63,822 bases of DNA, filler included, from 6 parts of 6 records of this genome joined end to end with filler, not necessarily neighbours in it; one strand, 5' to 3'. Counted from the whole stretch's first letter, positions 18,605 to 29,660 are shown. Translations and numbers: made by a program. Notes: generated by a model not told the origin, from the letters alone.

Positions 18605-19189
18605 ATGCAGGTCAACGAGACGCTGAACGAAGGTCTGAAACGCGGCTATGCCATCACAGTGACAGCGGCCGAGCTGGACGCCAAAGTGAACGAAAAGCTG
18701 GCCGAGGCGCAGCCTGAAGTCGAGATGAAGGGCTTCCGCAAGGGCAAGGTGCCAATGGCGCTGCTGAAAAAGCAGTTTGGCCAGCGCGTGATGGGCGAAG
18801 CGATGCAGGAAAGCATCGACGGCGCGATGAATGACCACTTTGAAAAAACCGGCGACCGCCCTGCGATGCAGCCCGAAGTGAAAATGACCAACGAAGACTG
18901 GAAAGAAGGCGACGACGTCGAGGTCACAATGACCTATGAGGCGCTGCCCGAGATCCCCGAGCTGGACATGTCCAAAATCAAGCTGGAAAAGCTGGTTGTC
19001 AAAGCCGACGACGCGGCCGTTGATGAGGCGCTGGCCAACCTTGCCGAAACCGCGCAGGACTTCAAAGCCCGCAAAAAAGGCTCCAAGGCCAAAGACGGCG
19101 ATCAGGTCGTCATGGACTTTGTCGGCAAGGTCGACGGCGAAGCCTTTGAAGGCGGTTCTGCCGAAGATTACCCGCTGGTTCTGGGCTCC
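18605..19189 (+). CDS. tig: Trigger factor (3'-truncated)
   Basis: [21 protein letters not shown] ribosome-binding motif, FEGG FKBP motif. Confidence 0.97.
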
Positions 19190-19289
19190 NNNNNNNNNNN
19201 NNNNNNNNNNNNNNNNNNNNNNNNNNNNNNNNNTTAATTAATTAANNNNNNNNNNNNNNNNNNNNNNNNNNNNNNNNNNNNNNNNNNNN
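19190..19289. other. Artificial contig linker
   Basis: N-padded TTAATTAATTAA. Confidence 0.99.
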
Positions 19290-19398
19290 CCCTTAGGGCT
19301 GTGAGCCGGAAATCTACACTGCTCTGGGTTTGAGGATACGTGACAAACAACAACAGCATACAAGCCTGAGAGACGAGTGCAACGAGGAACTCAAAGCG
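19290..19398 (+). repeat. REP-like hairpin variant (truncated) plus degenerate repeat unit
   Basis: CCC-TTA-GGGCTGTGAGCCGGA shares the core and CCGGA end with the contig 1 hairpins; AAGCCTGAGA...TGCAA...CTCAAAGCG shared with 23638-23685. Confidence 0.6.
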
Positions 19399-19754
19399 CC
19401 GCCCCAGCTCTTAAGGAGTTTAGTTGCACGACCAAGGATATTACGAAACCAGAACATTGCGGCACAAAAAAACCTGGAAATGGCTCTGTATCAGCTCTGC
19501 TTTTAGCTGTGGCGCGCCCTTCTGCTATTGGATTCAATGCATGATTTGCTAACTTCACGCATGAATGGCGAATGGGGATAGTTGTTTCGCCAAGTGGCGA
19601 TTTAGTATCGCCAATTGATTTCGTGAACTTTCCGGGTTCATGTGCATTGCTCTACGTATTTCTACGATTGACTTGAAGGCGCACTTGCTCTACACTGAAT
19701 GATGCCATTCAGCGGGTTCCTGTGCGTTGATGCAAATATTGACAGGAGTTTAGT

Positions 19755-21083
19755 ATGCACACAGTACGCTCTTTTGTACGGTTCACTTTTTACAGTTCTT
19801 TTTTATTGATTGTAGCCAGCAGTTTTGGAGTCGAAGATGTCCAGGCACGTGACTTGCTGAGTGAGCACAGCGATTGGGACTTTAAGGCGCAGATACAAAT
19901 GCGCAGTGAATTTGATGGACGGGATTTTAATCCCGATACCGACATGTTTGGTTTTACCAGTTTGCGAACGCGCCTGGGAGTGGGCCGCTCAATCAACAGC
20001 CGCGTACATATGTTTGTGCAGGTGCAGGACGCACGCCTTTTAGGTAACGCGCCGAACACACTTGCCAATCTGGCAAATATCGATCTGCATCAGGCGATTC
20101 TGCAGGTAGACTCCGTTTTTAACCTGCCGCTGATTCTGCAGCTTGGGCGCATGGAATATTCCTATGGCAGCCAGCGATTCCTGGGAGCGGTAGGCTGGCA
20201 CTTTGTGGGCCGTTCATTCGACGGTGCGCGCCTCGTAATCCACCAGCCTGACTGGTCGGTGGACGTATTCTCTACCCTGCTGCGCGAAAATGATGCCTAC
20301 ATCGGCAATGCCAATCCGGCGGCACTGGCCGGACGCGCCACAGGAGACATGACGATGCATGGTTTCTGGGGGGACTTTAAGCTGGCTGACGGCCACAAGG
20401 CTTCAGTCTTCGGAATGATGGAAATCGACGATATTGAAAATGGCGATGAAGATGCGCGCCTGAACCGCATCACAACAGGTGTTAACTACGATGCCAAGCT
20501 GGGTGATTTGAAGATTCTGGTGGAAGGCGCATATCAAATGGGCCATCAGCCGCTGAATCCTGAATCAACCGTCGCAATCGACATTGCAGCGTATCTGGCA
20601 AGTCTTTCGGCCAGTTACTCATTGGGTGAAGTCAGCATCCTGGCGCAGGTGGACCTGCTCTCCGGGACTGACGCTTCGGACCCCGACACAGATTTTGCAA
20701 CATTTGCCGTGCCCTATGGCACCAACCACAAATTTTACGGTTTGATGGATTATTTCATTAATGTTCCGGTCAATACTGTTGGTGCGGGGCTCAACGATAT
20801 TTCGGGTGGTCTGGCCTGGAAACCTGCCGGATCGGCGTTTTCCGGCAAAGTTGTAGCACATCACATGATGACAAATCAGCCGCTGTTTGCCAATGGCGTT
20901 GAAGCGGGTGATACCTTTGGTCAGGAAGTTGATGTGATTCTCAATTACGCGGTGGCACCCGGTACAAAACTTACGCTTGGCGGCGGAGTATTCTTGCCTG
21001 ATAGCGCGATGGATGCAATTTTTGGGCGCGCCGACAGCGATCCGGGAATGTGGGCATTCTGCATGTTGACTGCCGGCATCTAA
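19755..21083 (+). CDS. Alginate-export (AlgE-like) family outer-membrane porin
   Basis: Signal peptide; RTRLG, FVQVQDAR, DLHQA, GRMEYSYGSQRFLGAVGW, RSFDG, YGTNHKFYGLMDYF, GQEVD. Confidence 0.85.
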   Translation: MHTVRSFVRFTFYSSFLLIVASSFGVEDVQARDLLSEHSDWDFKAQIQMRSEFDGRDFNPDTDMFGFTSLRTRLGVGRSINSRVHMFVQVQDARLLGNAPNTLANLANIDLHQAILQVDSVFNLPLILQLGRMEYSYGSQRFLGAVGWHFVGRSFDGARLVIHQPDWSVDVFSTLLRENDAYIGNANPAALAGRATGDMTMHGFWGDFKLADGHKASVFGMMEIDDIENGDEDARLNRITTGVNYDAKLGDLKILVEGAYQMGHQPLNPESTVAIDIAAYLASLSASYSLGEVSILAQVDLLSGTDASDPDTDFATFAVPYGTNHKFYGLMDYFINVPVNTVGAGLNDISGGLAWKPAGSAFSGKVVAHHMMTNQPLFANGVEAGDTFGQEVDVILNYAVAPGTKLTLGGGVFLPDSAMDAIFGRADSDPGMWAFCMLTAGI

Positions 21084-21229
21084 GTCTGGCAGCAGGTTCG
21101 CATTGTAGACTTCCGGCACCGGCCGACAGAATTTATGTTTGAATTTGAGAGCCTGGGGAGCGGAGGCTGCCCAGGCCTCGGCTGAAGTTTGTAGCTCTGT
21201 TATCTCACTACTTTTCAGGAAATGATTGC

Positions 21230-23506
21230 ATGTCTGTAAAAATCAAGATTTTGCTCATCGTTGCAATCCCATTGGCTTCCCTACTCTACTTTTCGATTAG
21301 CGAGCTAATGGACTTTAGCAGCAGGTCGGAGCATATGCGTGGATTGACTTCTATGTCGGAATTGGCCGTCAGAACGAGTCATTTTGTGCATGTTTTGCAG
21401 GCTGAACGCGGTATGAGTGCCGGCTACATCTCCAGCGGCGGCACAAACTTTGTTAAAGAGATTCAGACACAAAGAGGCAAGGTCGACACAAAACTGCGTG
21501 AACTTGAAGATCAGGTTGGCAGCACAATCTGGCTGGAAGAACATCCGCAAGCAAAATCCCTGTTTGATGACATGATGCAGGCAGTCGATAGACTCGATCG
21601 AATGCGCTCGAATGTCACGGACCAGAAAATCAGCGCCAAGGAAGCCCTGACCTACTACAACCAAATTGTAAACCTGAGTTTTGAGTATACCACCGCGCTG
21701 GCGCGTCTGAGCCAGAGCAGTGAAATGTCAATCTATCTGACAGCATATGGCAGTTTCATCCGCGGTAAGAATCAAGCCGGCATCGAGCGCGCCAAAGTCA
21801 GTCAGGGTTTGGCGCTCGGCGCCTTTCCGCCCAAGCTCTATAATGAATTTGTATCAACGCGCCTGCGGACCAATCTGTATCTGGACCTGTTTACAGACTA
21901 CGGTTCAGGAGAAATTTTGAATGAGTATGAGGATGCTCAAAACTCGGAGCCCTTCCAAAATGTAGTGCAAATCGAAAAGGCCATTATTGCGGACAACGGT
22001 TCCGGCCCTTACGATTATGAAGCGACGTTTTGGTTTGAACAGATTTCAAGCAAAATCAACAAGCTCTATGAGATTGAGCAACATATTGAAGAAGACTTCC
22101 TGGCAGTTGCTGAGGACTTAACGGCGGCAACGGACGCGCTGCTGATGAATACGTTCATCATTGCAATCGTGGTTCTGCTGCTGACAATTATTACTTCCTA
22201 CATCATTGCGCGCAATCACCTTAGGAATATCGGCAAGCTGGTGACGGGTACAAATGCGCTTGCGGCCGGCGACCTTGAGCATCGCGTAAATGTTGATTCA
22301 AATGATGAAATCGGTACACTTTCGAGTGCCTTTAATGAGATGGCGCTGGACATTAAAACCAAGAACGACGACGCTGCCGAACTGATGCAGCAAGCCGAAG
22401 AGCAAAACCGCGAAATCGAGAAGAATTCAGCGGTTGTGCGCGAACAGCAGGAATACCTGAGCCAGCAGGTGGAGCGGATAGCCGACTACCTGAAACTGCT
22501 CGAATCCAAAGACTTCTCACAAAACATTCAAGCCGAAAAACAAGATTTGATTGCTGAGCTGATTGGATACCTGCAGGCGACCGTGCAGGCACTGCGCATG
22601 ACAATCGCCGAGATTCAATTCGTTTCGCACGAAATGTCCTCCTCTACCAATGAGATTGCGCAGTCAGCCGATGAGATGAATGCGACGATCAGCGAGCAGG
22701 ACCGCCAGATGCACGACATTGCAGCTGCCATCGAAGAGATGAGCAGCACGTCCGGAGAAACTGCGCGCAACACCTCGATGGCTGCTGAGCTGGTTATCTC
22801 TACCGTTCGCGAAGTTGAAAACGGACGCGACCTGGTGCTGGAGACCAAAACCGGCATGGAAGGCATTGAGAGTGTCGTGGCACAAACCCGCGACATCATT
22901 GAGAAGCTGGGTGATTCATCCAAACAGATTGGCTCTGTGATTCAGGTGATTGAAGACATCGCCGACCAGACCAACCTCCTGGCACTCAATGCCGCGATTG
23001 AGGCCGCGCGCGCCGGTGAATCCGGCCGTGGTTTTGCCGTGGTTGCCGACGAAGTTCGCAAGCTGGCCGAACGCACGCAGAAAGCGACAAAAGAAATCGC
23101 CGAGACAATTATCGACATTCAAAGCGACACGAAAACTGCCGTTGATGCGGCCGCACACGGCAGCCAGGCCGTAGGCGAAGGTATCTCCAGAGCCGAATCG
23201 GCTGAGAGTGCGCTCGAAAACATTGTCGGTGAAGTTACGCGCGTTGAGGATCTGATCTCACAGATTGCAACAGCGGCGGAAGAACAGTCTTCGACTTCCC
23301 AGCAAATCAGTCAGTCGGTCGAAATCTTCTCACAGGGCAGTCGTGAAAATGCGGACCGCGTACAAGAAATTGCGCGTTCAGTCGGTGAGCTGGCCGGTCA
23401 GGCCGAGACACTGAATACACTGGCCGGAGCATTTGTGATTGAAGAGGCCGGCGGCCAGGCGCAGCTTGCGTCCACCAACGGCACTCAGCGCCTGCTGAAT
23501 TCATGA
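21230..23506 (+). CDS. Methyl-accepting chemotaxis protein with NIT (nitrate/nitrite-sensing) domain
   Basis: TM1, [11 protein letters not shown] and [12 protein letters not shown] motifs, TM2, HAMP ([13 protein letters not shown]), [40 protein letters not shown]. Confidence 0.92.
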   Translation: MSVKIKILLIVAIPLASLLYFSISELMDFSSRSEHMRGLTSMSELAVRTSHFVHVLQAERGMSAGYISSGGTNFVKEIQTQRGKVDTKLRELEDQVGSTIWLEEHPQAKSLFDDMMQAVDRLDRMRSNVTDQKISAKEALTYYNQIVNLSFEYTTALARLSQSSEMSIYLTAYGSFIRGKNQAGIERAKVSQGLALGAFPPKLYNEFVSTRLRTNLYLDLFTDYGSGEILNEYEDAQNSEPFQNVVQIEKAIIADNGSGPYDYEATFWFEQISSKINKLYEIEQHIEEDFLAVAEDLTAATDALLMNTFIIAIVVLLLTIITSYIIARNHLRNIGKLVTGTNALAAGDLEHRVNVDSNDEIGTLSSAFNEMALDIKTKNDDAAELMQQAEEQNREIEKNSAVVREQQEYLSQQVERIADYLKLLESKDFSQNIQAEKQDLIAELIGYLQATVQALRMTIAEIQFVSHEMSSSTNEIAQSADEMNATISEQDRQMHDIAAAIEEMSSTSGETARNTSMAAELVISTVREVENGRDLVLETKTGMEGIESVVAQTRDIIEKLGDSSKQIGSVIQVIEDIADQTNLLALNAAIEAARAGESGRGFAVVADEVRKLAERTQKATKEIAETIIDIQSDTKTAVDAAAHGSQAVGEGISRAESAESALENIVGEVTRVEDLISQIATAAEEQSSTSQQISQSVEIFSQGSRENADRVQEIARSVGELAGQAETLNTLAGAFVIEEAGGQAQLASTNGTQRLLNS

Positions 23507-23572
23507 GCAGATTGCGGATCGCCGGTTTAAGGTCTTGAAGACTTGAGACTTTTGGCTGTAAGGATTTAGAAC

Positions 23573-23607
23573 AAAAGGCTGCAATTCCCTGTGAATTGTG
23601 GCTTTTT
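23573..23607 (+). terminator. Intrinsic terminator (possibly bidirectional)
   Basis: AAAAGGCTGCAATTC-CCTGT-GAATTGTGGCTTTTT. Confidence 0.65.
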
Positions 23608-23614
23608 GTGCATT

Positions 23615-23685
23615 AACTAACAAAAAGACATCGAAAAAAGCCTGAGACGTGCAAAACACCGTAGGTGTGAAGGCGGCTCAAAGCG
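23615..23685 (+). repeat. Degenerate intergenic repeat unit
   Basis: AACTAACAAAAAGA...AAGCCTGAGACGTGCAA...GCTCAAAGCG. Confidence 0.55.
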
Positions 23686-24036
23686 AGCATTACGGTTACA
23701 CCATCCGCGCAAGTATGTTGATTATATGAACCGTTGACTCTGGATTTAGGCACATTGCCGGGTTTAATTCACCTGTTCACCCCGTTTGCACTTGTGTTCT
23801 TTGAGTGTTTACGGCAACTTCACACTTCGTATTGTTAGGTCCACCTCGGTTGGATACCGGCGGTAGCAAGGGGATTTCCAGCTACTGAATTCCAGGTGAG
23901 GAAATGGACTGCAACTGACTTCTGCCCTACTTACGCTCCGTTTCGACGACTGGATGGTCCGGCTTTCCGCACTCCTTCAGTCGTGAGAATTCACTACGAT
24001 TGTTCTGCATTTCGGACTTTTAAAGGATGAAACGAT

Positions 24037-26379
24037 ATGTCTGTAAAAGCTAAGGTCTCACTGATCATTGCTCTGCCTTTGATTGCTCTCCTCTATTTTA
24101 CAACAGTACAGCTGTCCAAACTGGATGAACACGTTGACCACATGAATGAGGTTACGTCGCTGATTGAGCTTTCAATTGAGGCCAGCCAGTTGGTCCATCC
24201 GATGCAAGCCGAACGCGGAATGAGCGCAGCGTTTGCCGATAGTGACGGTAAAGATTTTGCCAATGATATTAAGGGCCAGCGCGCCAAAGTAGACAAGCAG
24301 ATAAGGGTATTCCTGGCACAGGTGGACAAGACGATCTGGCCTAAGGAGAATAGCGCTGAAATCAAGCGTGAAATTGGCAACATCGTGGAATATCTGGAGC
24401 GGCTGGACGATAAACGCCAGACTGTGGACAATCTGGAAGTCAACGGGCATCAGGTGCTGGACTTTTATAACGAGATAGTTGAGAACGCCTTCCTGTATAC
24501 GCAAAACCTGGCGGCTTTCAGCGAAAGTAGCGAGCTGACGAACTATTTGACGGCGTACGGCTGTCTGGTGCGCGGCAAGAATCAAATGGGACTGGAGCGC
24601 TCGGCGGTGGCTGAGGGTTTGCACCTGGGTAGTTTTGACGCTTCCCTGCTAAAGGACTTTGTGTCGCGGCGTCTTAGCAGTCAACTCTACATGCGCATCT
24701 TTGATACGTTTGGTTCTGAAGAAATCACGATGGCGTTTAAGCGTGCTTCCGACAGTGATGACTTTCAGAACGTTGCGGAAGTTGAGAATGCAATTCTGGC
24801 GGACAACGGAGCGGGGCCTTACACAACAACGACGGTGCAATGGTTTAGAACCATGTCGGCTAAAATCTCCAAGATGTTTGAACTGCAGCAGCAATTTGAG
24901 TCTGAAACGCTGGCGTTTGCCAGGAGTGAAGTGGCGGCGGAAGAGGCTAGGTTCTGGGAGTCCGCCATCCTTTCCGCAGTTGTTTTGCTGCTTTCCATCA
25001 TTCTGGCTGTATTTGTAGCGCGCGGAATCCTGCGTAATATCGACCGTTTGGGCCTTGGAGCGCGTGCATTGGCCGACGGCAAACTGGAGCACCGCGTAGA
25101 AGTCACGACAACGGACGAGCTAGGTAAACTCTCGACTTCGTTTAACGAAATGGCCGAAGACCTGCAGAAAAAAGAAGCTGCGGCAGCCGAGCTGATGGCC
25201 GAAGGCGAAAAACAGCGCGCCGAGATTGAAGTCACGTCCGCCGAGAGCCGCCGGCAGCAGGAATACCTGACGCGTCAGGTAGAGCGCATAGCGGCGTATT
25301 TGCGCTTGTTAAAAGACAAGGACTTCTCACAGGATCTTACAGCTGAACAGCAAGACATTATCGCCGACCTGATTGAGGATCTGGCACAGACAGTTGTTTC
25401 TTTGCGCTCAACGATTTCAGACATTCAGCGCACGGCCCAAGATATTTCGACGGCAACGATGGAAATTTCGGACGCTTCCGGTGAAATGACGCAGACCATC
25501 GGTGAGCAGGATCGCCAGATGCAGGATATTGCCGCAGCGATTGAAGAGATGAGTAGCACCGTCAGCGATACGGCGCGCAACACTTCGGCCGCCGCCGAAC
25601 TTGTGCAGGTGACTGTCGGTGAAGTCGACAAAGGGCGTCAGCTCGTTTCACAAACACGTGACGGCATGGTAGGCATCGAAGGTGTTGTACAGCAAACGCG
25701 TACAATCATTGGCAAGCTGGGCGATTCCTCCAAACAGATTGGCTCGGTTATTCAGGTGATTGAAGATATCGCCGACCAGACCAATCTCCTGGCACTTAAC
25801 GCCGCAATCGAAGCCGCGCGCGCCGGTGAATCGGGTCGTGGTTTTGCCGTTGTTGCCGACGAGGTCCGCAAGCTGGCCGAACGCACACAGAAAGCAACAA
25901 AAGAAATCGCCGAGACGATTATCGATATTCAGAGCGACACCAGCACGGCGGTCGAGGCTGCCACGGCGGGTTCGCAGGAAGTTGTTAACGGAATTGCCCT
26001 GGCCGATTCGGCGCAGCAGGCTCTGGAACAGCTTGTGCACGAAGTCGAAAAAGTTGACGATCTGATTACACAAATTGCGACGGCGGCGGAAGAGCAGTCC
26101 TCCACTACACAGCAGGTCAGCCAGTCCGTCAGTGTTTTCTCCGAGGCCAGCAACGACAATGCCCGGCGCGTGGAAGACATTTCGCGTTCGGTTAACGATT
26201 TGGCAGGCCAGGCGGATTCACTTAACGGCATGGCAGCCGAATTTGTGATTGAAGGTGGCGGCTCGGGCATGTCTGCAGCTCGGGGCGGGAAATACTTAAA
26301 CGGCACTAACAACGGGCGAGCTCTGAAATCGGGCGCGGTTCATCAGCGCGATACATATGGCGAGCCGGTACACAATTAA
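24037..26379 (+). CDS. Second NIT-domain methyl-accepting chemotaxis protein (tandem paralogue)
   Basis: [20 protein letters not shown]; signalling tip identical in amino acids to the first MCP from KLGDSSK to IQSDT. Confidence 0.92.
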   Translation: MSVKAKVSLIIALPLIALLYFTTVQLSKLDEHVDHMNEVTSLIELSIEASQLVHPMQAERGMSAAFADSDGKDFANDIKGQRAKVDKQIRVFLAQVDKTIWPKENSAEIKREIGNIVEYLERLDDKRQTVDNLEVNGHQVLDFYNEIVENAFLYTQNLAAFSESSELTNYLTAYGCLVRGKNQMGLERSAVAEGLHLGSFDASLLKDFVSRRLSSQLYMRIFDTFGSEEITMAFKRASDSDDFQNVAEVENAILADNGAGPYTTTTVQWFRTMSAKISKMFELQQQFESETLAFARSEVAAEEARFWESAILSAVVLLLSIILAVFVARGILRNIDRLGLGARALADGKLEHRVEVTTTDELGKLSTSFNEMAEDLQKKEAAAAELMAEGEKQRAEIEVTSAESRRQQEYLTRQVERIAAYLRLLKDKDFSQDLTAEQQDIIADLIEDLAQTVVSLRSTISDIQRTAQDISTATMEISDASGEMTQTIGEQDRQMQDIAAAIEEMSSTVSDTARNTSAAAELVQVTVGEVDKGRQLVSQTRDGMVGIEGVVQQTRTIIGKLGDSSKQIGSVIQVIEDIADQTNLLALNAAIEAARAGESGRGFAVVADEVRKLAERTQKATKEIAETIIDIQSDTSTAVEAATAGSQEVVNGIALADSAQQALEQLVHEVEKVDDLITQIATAAEEQSSTTQQVSQSVSVFSEASNDNARRVEDISRSVNDLAGQADSLNGMAAEFVIEGGGSGMSAARGGKYLNGTNNGRALKSGAVHQRDTYGEPVHN

Positions 26380-26428
26380 TTCCGCATCTGTTAACAGCAG
26401 CTAGTTGAATGTACGTTTTTGGAATATT

Positions 26429-26471
26429 GGCGTCTGAGCGCTTCACAATCGAAGTCTCAGGCGCTTTTTTT
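26429..26471 (+). terminator. Intrinsic terminator
   Basis: GGCGTCTGAG...CTCAGGCGCT followed by a T-run. Confidence 0.6.
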
Positions 26472-26504
26472 GTGCTGAAAAGTTCTGCAATCGTGACTCT
26501 TTTT

Positions 26505-26695
26505 CTGAGCGTTCTGAGCGCTGCGCCCCGCTTCCCTTTGCGATGCCGGTCAGGTGGCTGGCTTTTTCTTTTTGGTAGTTTTTTATGTGGGTTGCGGTAG
26601 TATTTGGGATGGTTTTGGGTAGATGGGTTGGAAGGTGTTTGGTGGGGCAATGAATTGAGCTGTGAGCCCACCTGTTAGCCACAGGCTAACAGGTG
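26505..26695 (-). repeat. Degenerate repeat unit ending in a 12-bp hairpin at contig end
   Basis: TCTTTTTGGTAGTT (13/14 to the core motif); GCTGTGAGCC identical to 19298-19307; CACCTGTTAGCC-ACA-GGCTAACAGGTG at 26669-26695. Confidence 0.6.
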
Positions 26696-26701
26696 TTGTG
26701 G

Positions 26702-26801
26702 NNNNNNNNNNNNNNNNNNNNNNNNNNNNNNNNNNNNNNNNNNNNTTAATTAATTAANNNNNNNNNNNNNNNNNNNNNNNNNNNNNNNNNNNNNNNNNNN
26801 N
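26702..26801. other. Artificial contig linker
   Basis: N-padded TTAATTAATTAA. Confidence 0.99.
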
Positions 26802-27258
26802 GCGCGCCAAGCAAAAGCTGAAAGGCTACTACGGTAACATAACGGAAAAGCAATTCCGCCGGTATTACGACGAAGCTGTGCGCCGTAAGGGCGACACCGG
26901 CGAAAACCTGATCGGTATTCTTGAGTGCCGTTTGGACGCCCTTGTATACCGCGCCAAGTTCGTACCAACTGTGTTTGGTGCCCGTCAGTTCGTTGGCCAC
27001 GGCCACGTTCTGGTGAACGGCAAGCGCTGTAACATCCCATCTCGTCAGCTTAAGCCTGGTGACGTTGTTGAAGTGCGCGAAAAAGCCCGTGCCATTCCAA
27101 TGGTTATTGAAGCTGGCCAAAGCCCGGAGCGTGAGCATCCTGAGTATGTTGCTGTAGACGGTTACAAAGCCACTTATGTGCGTGTGCCAACCCTTGATGA
27201 AGTGCCATATCCTGTGATCATGGAACCTAATCTGGTGGTGGAATTTTACTCTCGTTAA
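26802..27258 (+). CDS. rpsD: 30S ribosomal protein S4 (5'-truncated)
   Basis: [17 protein letters not shown]...[11 protein letters not shown]...[15 protein letters not shown]...LVVEFYSR. Confidence 0.98.
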
Positions 27259-27286
27259 TCACGAGATAAAATTCACAGAGAATTCG

Positions 27287-27318
27287 AAGGCTGTCGGTTT
27301 CCGGCGGCCTTTTTCTTT
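27287..27318 (+). terminator. Intrinsic terminator of rpsD
   Basis: AAGGCTGTCGG-TTT-CCGGCGGCCTT followed by a T-run. Confidence 0.85.
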
Positions 27319-27384
27319 GCCTAAACAGCACCGCTAGGTCTAGTGTTTTCACCATGATCAATGCACGGGTAAGGGAGAGACTGT

Positions 27385-28275
27385 GTGGCTGAATTGAAAA
27401 AGGCGACGAGCGTTGCTGAATATATGGAAAAAATGCAGGGCTTTGTGAGCGAAGAAGGCGTGGCTCATGCGCAGGCATTTACGCCGCGCGCTGACGATAT
27501 AATCGTGGCCACATACGCTAAGGCTGGCACCACATGGATGCAGCAAATTGTGCACGGCCTGCGCACTAAAGGCGATATGGACTTCGGTGAAATCACCGAC
27601 GTAGTTCCGTGGATTGAACTGGCTTACGACACAGGCTGGGACATACATGCCGAACAAAAAGCCAAGCCCCGCGCCTTTAAGACCCACCACGCCTATGACA
27701 CTGTTCCCAAAGGCGCACGGTATATCTGGGTGGTGCGTGACCCTAAGGACACGGCAGTGTCTTTTTATAACTTCATGAATGGCTGGTTTCTGGAGCCTGG
27801 CACCATCGACATTAATGATTTTATTCAGGATTTTTTCCTCAAGCGGGAGCTGTTCACCGGTTATTGGGCACACCTAATTAGTTGGTGGAATGTGAAAGAC
27901 CACGAGACTGTTCTTCCGCTTACCTTTGAAGACATGAAGGAAGACCTTCCCGGCGCTGTGCAACGGGTTGCAGACTTTATCGGCTACGGCGACGATGCGC
28001 AGGCTATTGATATTGCAACGAAACAGGCGCATTTTTCCTTTATGAAAGCGCATGAAAGCCAGTTCGATGATCATCCCATCGCGGAAAACCGTAATTTGGA
28101 TTTAGGCCTTCCGGCAGATGCGCGGTCCAGCAAAGTGAAAACTGGTACTGTCGGCGGCCACAAAAATATTATGAATGAGGAAACAGCCAAGTTACTCGAT
28201 GCCAAGTGGGCCGAAACGGTGAAGGCAAAATTGGGTTTTGCAGACTATGCCGCCTTGCGTGAGGCGATACGCTGA
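27385..28275 (+). CDS. PAPS-dependent sulfotransferase (Sulfotransfer_1)
   Basis: 5'-PSB loop TYAKAGTTW, KTH, 3'-PB RDPKDTAVS. Confidence 0.92.
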   Translation: MAELKKATSVAEYMEKMQGFVSEEGVAHAQAFTPRADDIIVATYAKAGTTWMQQIVHGLRTKGDMDFGEITDVVPWIELAYDTGWDIHAEQKAKPRAFKTHHAYDTVPKGARYIWVVRDPKDTAVSFYNFMNGWFLEPGTIDINDFIQDFFLKRELFTGYWAHLISWWNVKDHETVLPLTFEDMKEDLPGAVQRVADFIGYGDDAQAIDIATKQAHFSFMKAHESQFDDHPIAENRNLDLGLPADARSSKVKTGTVGGHKNIMNEETAKLLDAKWAETVKAKLGFADYAALREAIR

Positions 28276-28551
28276 ATGGCGGTTTATGTGGACAATGCCA
28301 TGATCCCGTTTCATGGGTATGCCATGAACCATATGCTGGCGGACAGCACGGAAGAATTGCTCGAAATGGCCACTAAAATTGGCGTGGAGCATAAATGGAT
28401 TCAGCATAAAGGCACCCACCGCGAGCATTTCGACATCAGCGCCGAACGCCGCGCCCTTGCATTGGCATTTGGTGCCATCCCCATCACCTACCGAGAAAGT
28501 GGACGGATAACCTACCGCAGACGCAAGGTGATGCTACAGGCGGCGGAGTAA
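28276..28551 (+). CDS. DUF4031 domain protein
   Basis: MAVYVD...HMLADSTEEL...WIQ...HFDIS...RALALAFGA. Confidence 0.85.
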   Translation: MAVYVDNAMIPFHGYAMNHMLADSTEELLEMATKIGVEHKWIQHKGTHREHFDISAERRALALAFGAIPITYRESGRITYRRRKVMLQAAE

Positions 28552-28611
28552 AATGATATCTGCATTGAACAAATGTTTGCTTTAGGCCTGAAAAGAAGCC
28601 ATGAGGAATTT

Positions 28612-28737
28612 ATGTACAAACGAAGAAAATTAATTCGACACACTAACAAGTCGTTATTGGTGGTTGTCATAGTGATTATAGTTTTGGTTCTAGTGCATCA
28701 ATCGCCGACCATATTGGCAGTTTACGAGGGATTGTAA
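28612..28737 (+). CDS. Putative 41-aa single-TM peptide (absent from ORF track)
   Basis: MYKRRKLIRHTNKSLLVVVIVIIVLVLVHQSPTILAVYEGL*, GAGGA RBS 4 nt upstream. Confidence 0.45.
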   Translation: MYKRRKLIRHTNKSLLVVVIVIIVLVLVHQSPTILAVYEGL

Positions 28738-28766
28738 TCCATAAATAATAACGCACAGCTGCCTTT

Positions 28767-29444
28767 CTAAACCCGGCCGACAATAGACATTTCAAAAAGC
28801 GCATCAACATGGACAAGGGCGGCGTCGACGACTTGGAAACCGGGCTCTTGCCCGTCAAACGCCAAGCATAAATCCGTGCCTGCCAGCATAACCGCATCTG
28901 CGCCACGGACTATTATCTCGTGGCCCACATCAAAGAAAAACTCCCGCTGCTCGTCGGTGCATATGCCGGTGCGGGCGAGGGCGAAATATTCGTCGCTGAC
29001 TTTCTCAAAAACATCATCCTGCGGCACCATAACCTCGGCCCTAGTGATGCCGCCGTATAGCTTGCTTGCCATCACGCCGTTGGTGCCCAAAAGCCCAACG
29101 CATTTAATGCCGTGTCTGCCGAAATAGTCATTGATGGCCGGAATGGCATTAATCACAGGCACGGGTGAGGCCTCTATGAGCTGCTCGATGCAAAAATGCC
29201 CGGCCATTGAGGTTGTGGCAATGGCGTCGCACCCGGCGGCTTGTAGACGACCCACATATTTCATGTAATCCTCAACCTGGGCTGTGTAGTCTCGCTTGTT
29301 GAAGTGATCAATCAGTATTGTGGTGTCGGCGTGCACGATGGTTAGCTCCATCTTTGTGCCTGCTTCTTTGTGGCACTTCACCAAGTTGCGATAGTAAAAT
29401 TCAGTGGCTGCCGGGCCAATGCCGCCAATAAGACCTATATGCAT
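28767..29444 (-). CDS. Aspartate/glutamate racemase family protein, canonical cysteines missing
   Basis: IGLIGGIGPAATEFYYR, VGLLGT; catalytic segments read TSMAGH and AGTDL. Confidence 0.85.
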   Translation of the reverse strand: MHIGLIGGIGPAATEFYYRNLVKCHKEAGTKMELTIVHADTTILIDHFNKRDYTAQVEDYMKYVGRLQAAGCDAIATTSMAGHFCIEQLIEASPVPVINAIPAINDYFGRHGIKCVGLLGTNGVMASKLYGGITRAEVMVPQDDVFEKVSDEYFALARTGICTDEQREFFFDVGHEIIVRGADAVMLAGTDLCLAFDGQEPGFQVVDAALVHVDALFEMSIVGRV

Positions 29445-29660
29445 GATCAATCCTGCCAATGCTGGTTGTTGAGGGCCAAAGAATAGAAAACCCGGCCACA
29501 AACTCAAGCAAGAGTATCTGTTCGGGTTGTTTAGTTAGGGTGTTCAGCAGCATGGCATTGCTACAAACTATAGATTACTATCCAAATCATACACTTGGTT
29601 ATACACTATCGTTATGTTTAAATAATTTTGGATTTGGTAAAGAAAGTTTGTTGGTCAGCA

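Noticed and set aside
19566-19613. ANTAR (NasR/NasT) twin-hairpin target
   Set aside because: Loops are 13 and 5 nt rather than hexaloops, and no overlapping terminator is evident
19727-19740. FNR box upstream of the porin
   Set aside because: TTGAT half-site present but the second half (ATATT) is a poor match to ATCAA
22904-25940. Gene conversion or DGR-like repeat pair between the two MCPs
   Set aside because: Many synonymous differences and no reverse transcriptase; ordinary conservation of the signalling tip
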